Below are positions 39,649-49,305 of a DNA stretch of 64,000 nt, piece after piece. The notes below the pieces were generated by a model. That model had not been told where the DNA came from and did not search any database. It was given only the letters and a program-made list of their open reading frames with translations. Source of the DNA: an uncultured delta proteobacterium (lineage in GTDB: Bacteria > Myxococcota_A > Polyangia > Haliangiales > Haliangiaceae). A program made the position numbers and the translations under genes. Every line of letters begins with the position of its first letter. Within the stretch, counting starts at the first letter, position 1. The stretch is from contig CAWKDB010000002.1 in the NCBI GenBank assembly GCA_963848295.1, forward strand, positions 1,184,001 through 1,248,000, in the 5' to 3' direction.

Positions 39649-40413
39649 CTAGTTCGCGCGCTGATGATAGATCTCCTTGAGCCGCTCGTAGCTGTAACCC
39701 TCGCCGCGCTCCTCGAACACGAGCTGGCCGCGGCGCAGGATCGCGACGTGGTCGGTGCGGCCGGCGATCGCCTCGAGATCGTGCGTGACCACGACGACGA
39801 TCGCGCCTTGCGCCTTGAGCTCGCCGAGTTGCTCGCCGAGGCCGAGCGCGCCGTCGCGGTCGAGCCCGGTGAACGGCTCGTCGAGCAGGACGAGCGACGG
39901 CTTCGTGAGCAACGCGCGAGCGAGCGACAGCCGCTGCAGCATGCCGCGCGAGTAGGTGCGCGCCGCTCGGCCGCGGGCTCGCGCATCGAGGCCGACGCGA
40001 TCGAGCAGCGCATCGATGTCGGCGCGCGTCGCGGCGGCGCCGTACAGCCCGGCGAACAGCTCGAGGTTCTCGTGCGCGGATAGCTCGCCGTAACACAGCG
40101 ACGCGTGCGCGAGCATCCCGATGTGACGGCGGACCGCCTCGGCCCCGAGCTCGCGGTCGCCGGCGCGATAGCTGACCGTGCCGCCGCTAGGCCGGACCAA
40201 CGTCGACAGGATGCCGAGCAGCGTCGTCTTGCCCGCGCCGTTGTGACCGAGCAACGCGCACATCGCGCCGGCGCGCAGCTCGAGCGTCACCCCGGCGAGC
40301 GCGCGCTCGCTGCCGTACCGCTTCGCGACCTTCTCGACCGCGACGTGCTCGACGGCGGCGGCTTGCCGGCCGCCGGATGGCGGTGCGGTTCGTTCGCCCG
40401 GGGTCAGTCCCAC
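39649..40413 (-). CDS. ccmA: Heme exporter ATPase CcmA with an N-terminal repeat remnant
   Basis: [27 protein letters not shown]; start codon uncertain (GTG 40413). Confidence 0.88.
   Translation of the reverse strand: MGLTPGERTAPPSGGRQAAAVEHVAVEKVAKRYGSERALAGVTLELRAGAMCALLGHNGAGKTTLLGILSTLVRPSGGTVSYRAGDRELGAEAVRRHIGMLAHASLCYGELSAHENLELFAGLYGAAATRADIDALLDRVGLDARARGRAARTYSRGMLQRLSLARALLTKPSLVLLDEPFTGLDRDGALGLGEQLGELKAQGAIVVVVTHDLEAIAGRTDHVAILRRGQLVFEERGEGYSYERLKEIYHQRAN
40351..40389 (-). repeat. Family B element, internally deleted copy (39 bp)
   Basis: ACCGCACCGCCATCCGGCGGCCGGCAAGCCGCCGCCGTC; encodes [13 protein letters not shown]; flank GGGCGAACGA matches the GGGCGATCGA flank of copy 2. 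Confidence 0.7.
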
Positions 40414-42545
40414 AGATCCTCGAGCTGGGACTTGAGCGCGGCACGGCGAGCCATGTCGCCGCCGGTACGCTCGAGCTCGACCAGCTCGTCGAGCAACTTG
40501 CGCTTGGTCGCGGCGCGCCCCGGATCCTCGTCGCCCTCGCCGGGCCGCCGTTTCATCGCGAACCACAGACCGGCGAGCATCGCCGACACCGCGAGCAGTC
40601 CGACGAATCGCGGCACCCACCGCGTCCACGCCGCGGCCGACGGCAACCCGCGGATCGTCATCGACATCGACCGCTTCGGAAGGATCGTGATCGGCGCGAG
40701 CACCTTGAACGTCACGTCGCCTTGCTTGACCTCTTTGGACTTGACCCCGTCGGGCAGCGTCAGCTCCATCCCGGGCGTCTCGAGCACCGCGAGCTGGCTC
40801 TGGTACGAGCCGAGCGGCAGATCGAGCTCCCACGACACCGCGCCGTTCTGGACGGGCAGCGAGAAGCCGCCGTTGAACGGCCGGCCGCCCGGCGGAATCG
40901 GTCGCACGATCTTGAACCCCTTGTCGGCGTCGACCGAGACCTCGGCCTGATCCTTCTCGTTGACCGCGGCGCCTTTGAACCCGGCCGGCAACGGGATCAC
41001 GATGCCGTCGGGGCCGCCCGAGTACGGCGCCCACGACGTGTTCGAGACCTCGAACTCGCCGCGCACGCCGAGGAACGCGTCGTCGAAGTTCGCGTCGAGC
41101 CGGAACGTGAACAGCGAGCGCGGATAGACGTAGATCGAGACGTGGGTACCGTGCGCGTCGACCGGCTGGAACGGCAGCGAGCGATAGAGCTGGCCGCGAT
41201 TGACCGACTCCGCGTACATCACCGCAGGTGGATTCGGGACGTCGAACGACGTCTCGTATTTGCCGCGTGACGGCCATTCGGCGGCGACGTCGAGCCGGCC
41301 ACCGGTCTTCGAGACGTCGAACGGATTCGAGATCAACGGCTTGCCGTTGATCGTGAGCAGCGCTTTCTGCTTCGCCGCCTTTGGCACTTCCATGTGGACC
41401 CAGCCGTCGGCCGCGGTCGTGGCGACGACGCCAGCCTTCGCGTCGGTCGAGTCGGCGGGCATGATCCGGACTTCGATGTTCGGGATCGGCTCGTTCTTGC
41501 CGACCGGACCGCCATGCAGCTGGATCTCGACGACGCCTGCCGGGAAGTCCTGCTGCGGCTGGAACTGCGCTTCGGCTTCGACATCGCGCGGATCGGGTGG
41601 CGACAGCAGCGCCGCCGCGGTCGCGATCTCCTTGCGCGTCGCCGCGTCGTACAGGTGGACCTTCGCGGTCGTCTCGGGCACACCTTCGAGCGTCACCGCG
41701 ACCTTGCCGGCGGGCATCTTGTCGTCCTGATGCTCGAGCTTTGTCAGGTCATCGATCGGCGGAGTGGCCGCGTCGCGCTTGTCGCTCGACAGGAACATCA
41801 CGACGCCGAGCTGGGCGTCGAGCACCGCGGGGTTCGAGAACAACCGATCGATCCCGCCGCTGCGCGGTAGCTTCGTCATCGCGAAGTACGACGTCGAACC
41901 GGTCGGATCGAGGTCGGTGAACTCGACCCGGCCGTGCGCGTCGGAGTCGAGCGCGACGACCGAGACCGTGTCGTCGGACTTGTAGCCGACGAGGAACACC
42001 TTCGCGCCGACGGCCGGATCCTTGAGATCGTCGTAGACGACGGTCACTCCGATCGAACCGGGGCTGTTCGATTGTTCGCCGCGCGCTTGACCGCTGATCT
42101 TGCGCGGCTCGGGCATGCCACCGCGGCCACCCGCCGCGATCGGTGGACCACCACCTGCGCCGGTCCACGGCCGCGTCGTCAACATCAGCTTGACGCCGCC
42201 CGAATCCGGGACGTTGAAGCTGTCCGACGTGACGTCCTTGTTTCCGGCATCGGTGATCTTCGCCTGCACGGTCGCGCCGCTCGGTAGATCCTTGAACAGC
42301 GCGTGACCTCCGGCGTCGGTGCGCGCCTCGCGGGGTGTGCCGTTGACGGTCAGCGTGACGACGCTATCGGCGACCGGCGACTGCGGCCCTCCGGCGACGA
42401 CGAATACCGTCACCGTGCCGCGCGGCAGATCGCCCGAAGGCAACGGCGTGCCGATCGCCGCGGCGGGCTGGGCGACCGCGTCTCGCGGAAGGCTGGTCGC
42501 GACGACCGCGAGCGCTGCGGCGAACAAGATCCGGACCGCGCTCAC
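40404..42545 (-). CDS. Large exported beta-sandwich (carboxypeptidase-regulatory-like) protein with a C-terminal TM anchor, in the ccm operon
   Basis: Signal peptide; repeated [13 protein letters not shown] / [13 protein letters not shown] / TTAADGWV motifs; C-terminal TM and helical tail. Confidence 0.7.
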   Translation of the reverse strand: MSAVRILFAAALAVVATSLPRDAVAQPAAAIGTPLPSGDLPRGTVTVFVVAGGPQSPVADSVVTLTVNGTPREARTDAGGHALFKDLPSGATVQAKITDAGNKDVTSDSFNVPDSGGVKLMLTTRPWTGAGGGPPIAAGGRGGMPEPRKISGQARGEQSNSPGSIGVTVVYDDLKDPAVGAKVFLVGYKSDDTVSVVALDSDAHGRVEFTDLDPTGSTSYFAMTKLPRSGGIDRLFSNPAVLDAQLGVVMFLSSDKRDAATPPIDDLTKLEHQDDKMPAGKVAVTLEGVPETTAKVHLYDAATRKEIATAAALLSPPDPRDVEAEAQFQPQQDFPAGVVEIQLHGGPVGKNEPIPNIEVRIMPADSTDAKAGVVATTAADGWVHMEVPKAAKQKALLTINGKPLISNPFDVSKTGGRLDVAAEWPSRGKYETSFDVPNPPAVMYAESVNRGQLYRSLPFQPVDAHGTHVSIYVYPRSLFTFRLDANFDDAFLGVRGEFEVSNTSWAPYSGGPDGIVIPLPAGFKGAAVNEKDQAEVSVDADKGFKIVRPIPPGGRPFNGGFSLPVQNGAVSWELDLPLGSYQSQLAVLETPGMELTLPDGVKSKEVKQGDVTFKVLAPITILPKRSMSMTIRGLPSAAAWTRWVPRFVGLLAVSAMLAGLWFAMKRRPGEGDEDPGRAATKRKLLDELVELERTGGDMARRAALKSQLEDLWD

Positions 42546-43273
42546 GGCGCAACCTCGTCTTCGGCGGCATCCTCGTCGCCGAGCGCCTTCGTCCCGGCTT
42601 TGCGCTCCGGCTTGGCCGCGGGCTCGGCGGCCTTGGCATCGGGCTCGGGCTTCGCGTCCGTCTTGGCCACGTCCTCGGCCTTGGCCCCTGGTTTCGCGTC
42701 TGGCTTGGCGCCCGCCGGCTTGGCCTGTTTCGACGGCTTGGCCTGCTTGGCCTTGGCCTTGGCCTTCGCAGCCGGCTTGTCGTCGAGCGCGAGCCGCGCC
42801 TTGATCTCGCGATCGATCTGCTCGCGCACGGTCGCGGCCTGGCCGGCGTCCATTCGCTCGAGCTCTTTGATCACCTCGATCGCCTGGGCGCGATAGCGCG
42901 CGATCATCTCGTCGAGGTCGCGCTGCGACAGCTTGCCCATCTCGTGATCGAACTCGGCTTCCTTGATCGCCTTGAGCAGCGTCTTCTTCTCGCGTTCGAG
43001 CTCGCTGCGCGCGCCGGCGGGTCGGCCCCAGCCGCCTTCGTCCTGCTCGGCGCCCGCAGCCGCGGCGCCCGTGCGCCATAGGTTGTAGACCGTCGCCATG
43101 ACCGCGAGATAGCCGAGCGCGATCACGATCACGGGCGGCGTGAAGTGAAATTTGTTTTCCCACAAGATGAACAACCAGCCGGCGACGAGCCCGACGAGGA
43201 ACAGGATGTGACGAAGCAGCCACTGGGTCGCTTGCGCGAACAGCCGGAACGGTGGCGCCATCGTCATCGTCAC
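42542..43273 (-). CDS. Two-TM protein resembling the CcmI N-terminal region, with a Lys/Ala/Pro-rich tail
   Basis: ELEREKKTLLKAIKEAEFDHEMGKLSQRDLDEMIARYR after the TM helices. Confidence 0.6.
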   Translation of the reverse strand: MTMTMAPPFRLFAQATQWLLRHILFLVGLVAGWLFILWENKFHFTPPVIVIALGYLAVMATVYNLWRTGAAAAGAEQDEGGWGRPAGARSELEREKKTLLKAIKEAEFDHEMGKLSQRDLDEMIARYRAQAIEVIKELERMDAGQAATVREQIDREIKARLALDDKPAAKAKAKAKQAKPSKQAKPAGAKPDAKPGAKAEDVAKTDAKPEPDAKAAEPAAKPERKAGTKALGDEDAAEDEVAP

Positions 43274-46074
43274 TCGGTGCGCGACAGCTCGTCGTCGAGC
43301 TTGTCGGCGTAATCGTCGTCGTCGGCGACGGTGGTCGGCTTCGCGGCCGCGGACGCCGCAGCGGTCACCGCCGGAGTGGCATGGCCACGGCCCATCCAGC
43401 GGCGACCCGCGACCAGCAACAGCCCGAGCGCTCCGACCGCCGCGATCGATGGAAACAGCCAGCTCACCCGGCTGCGCGGGTTCACGAGCACGCGCTCGCC
43501 GCCGTAATCTGCGACGAACGACGCGATCACCGCGTCGTACGCGCGATCTCGCCCGTCGTCGGTCGACAGGTCGAACACCGGCTTGCCCGTGTCGTCGGTC
43601 GCCGCCATCAGATCGATGATCTTCTTGCGCAGTTGCGATGCGGTTCCACAGTCGCAGTCGAACACGCTCAGCCGCGTGCATCCGCCGCACACGCAGTTGA
43701 GATCCTTCATCGCGCGCGCCGCGGTCTCGGCGACCGCATCGACCTGCGCCATCGGCATCGTCTGGGTCGTCCAGCCTGCGGCCTGGAGCGCGGCCCACAG
43801 CGTCTCGCGGCTCGGTCGATATTCGGCGGCGTAGCCCTTCGCTTGCTGGCCCATGCCCATGCCGGCCTCGACATGCTCGGCGCCGCCCCCCGCGGCGTTC
43901 GCTTGGTGCGAGAGACCGAGCATGCCGGCGAGCAGCACGCCGATGATGATGCTGGTATCGGCGACGCGGCCGAGCTTCGCGCGCGGCTTCCACTGCATCG
44001 CGTCGACCAGCCGTTGCGGGATCAGACAGATCAGCGTGCCGCCGGCCATGATCAAGAACCCGATCCACACCCACAAGATCAGCGGGTTGACGAAGATGCG
44101 GAAGTTCGCGAGCCCGGAGTCGGTGTCGTAACCGGTCAGCACCAAGTAAATGTCGCCGCCCCCGAGCTCGTCGAGCTGCTGCGGCCAACCGCGCGTGCTG
44201 ATCGCGACCTCGGTCGTCGTCTGCTGCTCGCCCTTCTTGAAGCTCCACTTCGCCGGATACAGCGTGTCGATGCGATCACCGTCGAGATAGATCCCGACCT
44301 GGGCGGTGATCGCGGTCTTGTTGTCGTCCGAGGTCCGGATCAGGCGCTCGTACACGAACTCGTAGCCGCCGTAGTCGAATGTCGCCGGGCCTCCGCCTTG
44401 CGCCGCGCGCGCACCCGGTTTGGCGATCGTGCGGTCGACCATGTGGTCGTACGCCTTGCCGGCGAAGCCCATGAACAACACCGCGACGCCGAGGTGGACG
44501 ATGTAGCCGCCGTACTTGCGACGCTTGGACAGCACGAGCCCGATCATCGAGGTCACCGGATCGGAGCCGGTCTGCCGGCTGCGCACCATCATGCCGCGGA
44601 AGAACTCTTGACCGATCGAACCCAGCACGAACCCGATCAGCCCGAAGTTGATGAGCGAGATCGGCAGCTTGAAATCGTCGGCGAAGATCGGGCTCAGGTG
44701 CTTGGTCTGCGGGAACAGCACGACCGCGCCGACCACGGTGACCGCCATCATCGCGAACGGGAACACGAACTGATGCTTCAGGCGCTCGACCGTCGTCTTG
44801 CGCCAAGCGAGCAATGGCGCCGCGCCGGCCAAGAACAGCAAGACGAGCCCGAACGGGGTCATCCACTTGTTGAAGAACGGGATGCCGACACTCTTGCGAT
44901 CGCCGACGAGCGCCTCCGACATCGTCGGGAACATCGTCGCGAACAACACGAAGAACGCACACGCGAGCAAGATCCAGTTGTTCAACAGGAACGCGAACTC
45001 GCGCGAGTAGAACGAATCGAACTGGGTCCGCGTCGCGAGCTGGTTCGAGCGATAGACGATGAGGCCGATCGAGACGATCAGGATCGCCGCCATGAACACG
45101 ATGAACTGGAGCGCGAGCACGTTGTCCTCGCCGAACGCGTGCACCGACTGCACCGCGCCCGACCGGGTCATGAACGTGCCGAAGATCGTGAGGAAGAACG
45201 TCAGGACGACGAGCGACAGGTTCCAGATCTTCATCATCCCGCGCTGCTCTTGGATGATCGCGGAGTGCAAGAACGCGGTCGCGGTGAACCACGGGATGAG
45301 GCCGGCGCACTCGACCGGATCCCACGCCCAGTAGCCGCCCCAGCCGAGCTCTTCGTAGGCCCACCGGCCGCCGAGGATCAGGCCGAGCGACAGGAAGCCG
45401 AAGCAGATCAGCATCCACACGCGAACCGAGCCGAGCCACATGTCGTCGAGTCGGTTCGAGGCGAGCGCGCCGATCCCGAACGCGAACGGGATCGTGGCGG
45501 CGACAAAGCCGGTGTAGAGCGAAGGCGGATGGATGACCATCCAGTAGTTCTGTAAGAGCGGATTGAGGCCCTTGCCGTCGACCGGCGGCATCGTGAGGAA
45601 CGTGTTGAACGGGTTCTTCGTGAAGATCAGCAGCGACAGGAAGAACACCTGGACGACCATGATCGTCGCGACGACGAACCCGATCATGTCGCGATGCCGC
45701 TTGTGGTTGACCGCGATCGCGACGACCGAGAACAGCGACAGGACGAGCACCCAGAACAGCAGCGAGCCGTCCAGCCCGCCCCAGAACGCGGTGACCTTGT
45801 ACGCGGTCGGCATCGACGTATCGCTGGTCTGCGCGACGTACTTGATCGTGAAGTCGTGCGTGACGAAGGCGTAGATCATCAGCGCCGACGCGAGCCCGAT
45901 CAGCGCGCCGAAGCCGTACAACCCGTAGACCGACGACGTGACGAGCCGGCGATTCTTGCGCGCGTTACCGGCGATACCCGCGGCGACGCACCAGCCGGCC
46001 ACGGCGTACGCGGCCAATAGCGCGATCGTGCCGACCAGCGCGACCGGCGAGAACGGAGCTTGGCCGGCGGTCAT
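43270..46074 (-). CDS. ccmF: Heme lyase CcmF fused to a C-terminal CcmH-like domain
   Basis: GLNPLLQN, IHPP, WAYEELGWGGYWAWDPVE, SVHAF; C-terminal LNCVCGGC...DCDCG...FVADYGGERVL plus TM. Confidence 0.92.
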   Translation of the reverse strand: MTAGQAPFSPVALVGTIALLAAYAVAGWCVAAGIAGNARKNRRLVTSSVYGLYGFGALIGLASALMIYAFVTHDFTIKYVAQTSDTSMPTAYKVTAFWGGLDGSLLFWVLVLSLFSVVAIAVNHKRHRDMIGFVVATIMVVQVFFLSLLIFTKNPFNTFLTMPPVDGKGLNPLLQNYWMVIHPPSLYTGFVAATIPFAFGIGALASNRLDDMWLGSVRVWMLICFGFLSLGLILGGRWAYEELGWGGYWAWDPVECAGLIPWFTATAFLHSAIIQEQRGMMKIWNLSLVVLTFFLTIFGTFMTRSGAVQSVHAFGEDNVLALQFIVFMAAILIVSIGLIVYRSNQLATRTQFDSFYSREFAFLLNNWILLACAFFVLFATMFPTMSEALVGDRKSVGIPFFNKWMTPFGLVLLFLAGAAPLLAWRKTTVERLKHQFVFPFAMMAVTVVGAVVLFPQTKHLSPIFADDFKLPISLINFGLIGFVLGSIGQEFFRGMMVRSRQTGSDPVTSMIGLVLSKRRKYGGYIVHLGVAVLFMGFAGKAYDHMVDRTIAKPGARAAQGGGPATFDYGGYEFVYERLIRTSDDNKTAITAQVGIYLDGDRIDTLYPAKWSFKKGEQQTTTEVAISTRGWPQQLDELGGGDIYLVLTGYDTDSGLANFRIFVNPLILWVWIGFLIMAGGTLICLIPQRLVDAMQWKPRAKLGRVADTSIIIGVLLAGMLGLSHQANAAGGGAEHVEAGMGMGQQAKGYAAEYRPSRETLWAALQAAGWTTQTMPMAQVDAVAETAARAMKDLNCVCGGCTRLSVFDCDCGTASQLRKKIIDLMAATDDTGKPVFDLSTDDGRDRAYDAVIASFVADYGGERVLVNPRSRVSWLFPSIAAVGALGLLLVAGRRWMGRGHATPAVTAAASAAAKPTTVADDDDYADKLDDELSRTE

Positions 46075-46619
46075 TGGCCGGCTGGCTGGTTAGGGTCGTA
46101 CTTGGTCTTGAGATCGTTCGATGCGCCGTCGGCGTACTTCGACGGGCACTTCGCCGACAGCTCGCTCGAATCGACGACCCAGTCCTGCTCGGCGGCAGCC
46201 CGCACCGGGCACGCGGTCGCCGGCTTGCCTTGATCCGCGAGGTCCTTGCACAGCGCGTCGGCATCGGCCTGCATCGTGGCCGCATGGACCAAGTGGCCGG
46301 TCGCGATCACATCCGCCTTGTCCTTGAACGTGTCGGGCTTGGGGCCAATGTTGAACACTCGGATCCGGCTGCCCTTGAACTCGAGCACGAACGTCCGGTG
46401 GGTCTCTTGGTTGACGACCGACTCGACGATCGAGCCCGGTACGACCGTGCCATGCACCTTGAGCTCTTTGCCCTCGTAGCTCTGCAGCGGATCCTTCACG
46501 AGGTCGTTGACCGCGCGATAGGTCTGCGCGCTCGCCAGGCCTTGGAACACGAGGAAGCCCGCACCGCCCACGGCGACGGCCGCGGTGATGAGGACTTTAG
46601 CGAGGGTGGATCTCTGCAT
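46071..46619 (-). CDS. ccmE: Heme chaperone CcmE, CxxxY variant
   Basis: N-terminal TM, VHGTVVPGS, GPKPDTFK, LSAKCPSKY. Confidence 0.88.
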   Translation of the reverse strand: MQRSTLAKVLITAAVAVGGAGFLVFQGLASAQTYRAVNDLVKDPLQSYEGKELKVHGTVVPGSIVESVVNQETHRTFVLEFKGSRIRVFNIGPKPDTFKDKADVIATGHLVHAATMQADADALCKDLADQGKPATACPVRAAAEQDWVVDSSELSAKCPSKYADGASNDLKTKYDPNQPAGQ

Positions 46620-46759
46620 GTAGGCGTACCTCCGCGGGTTGCGGCGGGCCGGCGTCCCGTGTCTCACGCAACCGTAGCACGCGAAGTGGCATTCCCGACA
46701 GCCGATGCGCCCTCAGCACGGGGACCCGGCCCGTCCATGGGGCCTCCGGCCCGCGCGGC

Positions 46760-47824
46760 TCAGCCGCCGATGCCGATCATGTGCTTCGAGGGGGGGTGTG
46801 CGGCGAGCTCGTGACCCGAGCGCTTTCCGAACACTGCCCCGGCGATGGCCCGACCCAAATCGCCGTCGCTGCCGCCCGTGCGCACGACATCGCGCAGGCT
46901 GACTGCGTCATCATGCCCTAGGCAAGCATGGAGCTCGCCGGTCGCGGTCAGCCGCAGCCGGTTGCAGTCAGCGCAGAAGTGCTCGGTCATCGCGGAGATG
47001 ATCCCGAACCGGCGCCGCGGGTCGCTCGCCAGCGCCCAGTAGCGCGCCGGGCCCGGATCTGCGGACTCGGGCACCACGGCTACGAGCCGGCCCAGAGCGG
47101 CTTCGATCGCCTGGCGAATGTTCGCAGCCGCGATCGCGGCGGACCCATCATAGAGGGCGCCGCCGGACATCGGCATGTGCTCGATGAACCGCGGCGTGAT
47201 GGAACGATCCCAGGCGAACGCGCACAGCGCGGCGAGCTCGCCGTCGTTGACCCCGTACAGTGCGACCGCGTTCGTCGCGACTCGTAGCCCGGCCGCACAC
47301 GCGGCATCGATCCCGCGGATGACCGCCGCGACCTCGCCGCGCCCGGTGATCGCGTGGAAGCGCGCCGGATCGAGCGTATCGAGCGAGACGTTGACCGCGC
47401 CGAGCCCGGCCTCCGCGAGCGGCGCTGCGAGGTCGGCGAGCAGGTGGCCATTCGTCGTCAGCGCGAGCTGCTCGATGCCCGGCACGCCGGCGAGCCGGCG
47501 GACGAGCTCGACGATGCCGCGTCGCACCGTGGGCTCACCGCCGGTGAGCCGGAGCTTGCGGACACCGAGCCGCGCGAACACCGCCGCGATCCGCTCGAGC
47601 TCCTCGAACGTGAGCAGCGCGCTGCGCGGCTCGAACGCGAGCTGGTCGCCGAGCTCCTCGGGCATGCAGTAGGCGCAGCGGTAGTTGCATCGGTCGGTCA
47701 CCGACATCCGCAGGTAGCGCACGCGGCGCGCGAAGGTGTCCACCAGGCTGGTGGGTAGCTGGACGATCTCCCGGTCGCCCGGCGCCCGATCGAGCACCGG
47801 GATCTCCTTCGCGTTGCCGACCAT
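46760..47824 (-). CDS. moaA: GTP 3',8-cyclase MoaA
   Basis: YLRMSVTDRCNYRCAYC, TGGEP, FCADCNRLRL..C, C-terminal IGG. Confidence 0.95.
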   Translation of the reverse strand: MVGNAKEIPVLDRAPGDREIVQLPTSLVDTFARRVRYLRMSVTDRCNYRCAYCMPEELGDQLAFEPRSALLTFEELERIAAVFARLGVRKLRLTGGEPTVRRGIVELVRRLAGVPGIEQLALTTNGHLLADLAAPLAEAGLGAVNVSLDTLDPARFHAITGRGEVAAVIRGIDAACAAGLRVATNAVALYGVNDGELAALCAFAWDRSITPRFIEHMPMSGGALYDGSAAIAAANIRQAIEAALGRLVAVVPESADPGPARYWALASDPRRRFGIISAMTEHFCADCNRLRLTATGELHACLGHDDAVSLRDVVRTGGSDGDLGRAIAGAVFGKRSGHELAAHPPSKHMIGIGG

Positions 47825-47901
47825 CGGGAGGTGGAGCCTCACCCTCGCAGTTGACCGTTCGGCAACGATGCCGTCAAGCCACCGCGCGCGATCGGTATTA
47901 C

Positions 47902-47930
47902 TTGACAGATCGAGCGAAACCGCGCATTTA
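47902..47930 (+). promoter_or_regulatory. Possible sigma70 promoter for the 47971 ORF
   Basis: Perfect TTGACA at 47902-47907; weak -10 box. Confidence 0.35.
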
Positions 47931-47970
47931 TCCGCCCGCCGCAACCTCGCGGCAGGAGCCAAACAGATTG

Positions 47971-48303
47971 ATGTTGCAGACTGCTCCCACGACGCCGCTC
48001 GACGGCCTGTGGATTTTGCTGGTCCAGAACGAAGGCGAGCTCGCGACCCAGGACAACGACGGTCGCGTGCCGGTGATGGCGCGCGCGGGAGACGACCGCC
48101 GCTACCTCCTCGTGTTCAAGAACGTCGCGAAGGCACGCGAGTTCGTCGCTACGAGCGAGCTCGACGGAGCCGAGCCCCGGATGGTCGTACGGGGCAACCG
48201 CGAAGACATCGTGAGGATCGCGAAGAGCGCCGGTGTCGTCGGGACGTTGCTCGACTACGATCCGTCGACGCAGAAGTACGCGTCGACGACCGCACTCGCG
48301 TAA
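47971..48303 (+). CDS. Small hypothetical protein
   Basis: 110 aa with normal codon pattern; GGAG RBS; YLLVFKNVAKAREF motif. Confidence 0.7.
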   Translation: MLQTAPTTPLDGLWILLVQNEGELATQDNDGRVPVMARAGDDRRYLLVFKNVAKAREFVATSELDGAEPRMVVRGNREDIVRIAKSAGVVGTLLDYDPSTQKYASTTALA

Positions 48304-48306
48304 CCG

Positions 48307-49173
48307 TCAGCCCGTGATCACCAGCTCGTCGACGTCGCCGCGGCGCGACGCATCGCTGTTGATCGCCCGAGCGCACTTGACGCGCTCGATCTTGAACCCG
48401 CGGTAGATCGATCGCATGAACGGCGTGTCGCTGTTCGACAGCATCACCTTGCAGCCGCGCGCGATCAGCTTGCGCGCGGTGTCGGCCAACGCGCGTTGCT
48501 CGTCGGCAGCGAACACGCCCGCGGTGTAGCTCGTGAAGTTTGCGGTCGGCGTGACCGGATCGTACGGCGGATCGAAGTACAAGAAGTCGCCGCGCTCGGC
48601 ATCGGCCACCGCGGTCTGGTAGTCGCCGCAGCGCAGCTCCGTGCGCTCGAGCACCGCGGCGGCGGCGTGCAGGGCGGCAGGCACGCAGATCGGCGGATCG
48701 GTGTAGCGTCCGATCGGGACGTTGAAGTCGCCCGATCGGTTGACGCGCCACAGGCCGTTGAAGCACGTCTTGTTGAGGTAGATGAACGCGGCCGCGCGAT
48801 CGGCCGCAGGCCAGCTCACGTCGCGATCGTTCCAGCGCTCGCGCATCGCGTAGTAGTGACGTTCGTCATGCACCGAGCGATGGTGCTGGAGGCGACGGAT
48901 CACGGCGGTGACATCGCTGCGCAGCGCGGTGTACAGGCCGATCAGATCGGCGTTGCTGTCGGCGAGCACGGCGCGCTCGGGCGCGAGGCGGAAGAACAGC
49001 GCGGCGCCGCCGGCGAACGGCTCGTAATACCGGCCGAGCTTGGCCGGGATCCGAGCGAGCAACTCGGGGAGCAGTCGGGTCTTGCCGCCGACCCACTTGA
49101 CGACCGGTGCGGCGACCGGGTCTGCGAGCGGCGCGATGCGCGGCAGAGCTGCCGCGCGCATGCGTTGAGCCAT
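48307..49173 (-). CDS. Dam-family (D12 class) N6-adenine DNA methyltransferase, orphan
   Basis: KWVGGK, YEPFAGGAA, YLNKTCFNGLWRVN, YFDPPY, MLSNS. Confidence 0.92.
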   Translation of the reverse strand: MAQRMRAAALPRIAPLADPVAAPVVKWVGGKTRLLPELLARIPAKLGRYYEPFAGGAALFFRLAPERAVLADSNADLIGLYTALRSDVTAVIRRLQHHRSVHDERHYYAMRERWNDRDVSWPAADRAAAFIYLNKTCFNGLWRVNRSGDFNVPIGRYTDPPICVPAALHAAAAVLERTELRCGDYQTAVADAERGDFLYFDPPYDPVTPTANFTSYTAGVFAADEQRALADTARKLIARGCKVMLSNSDTPFMRSIYRGFKIERVKCARAINSDASRRGDVDELVITG

Positions 49174-49305
49174 GCGAGCAATGGTCGATGTGGGAGATCA
49201 TGCGACCAACTTTTCGGCCGCATGTTCGCGCACTTCGATAAGGCGCTATCGAACGAACGCGCGTATCGTGGATCGTGATGAGGTGTGGCGCATGGTCGTG
49301 AAGCA

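Noticed and set aside
47825..47970. Moco riboswitch upstream of moaA
   Set aside because: No recognisable conserved Moco RNA motif by eye; an Rfam scan would be needed
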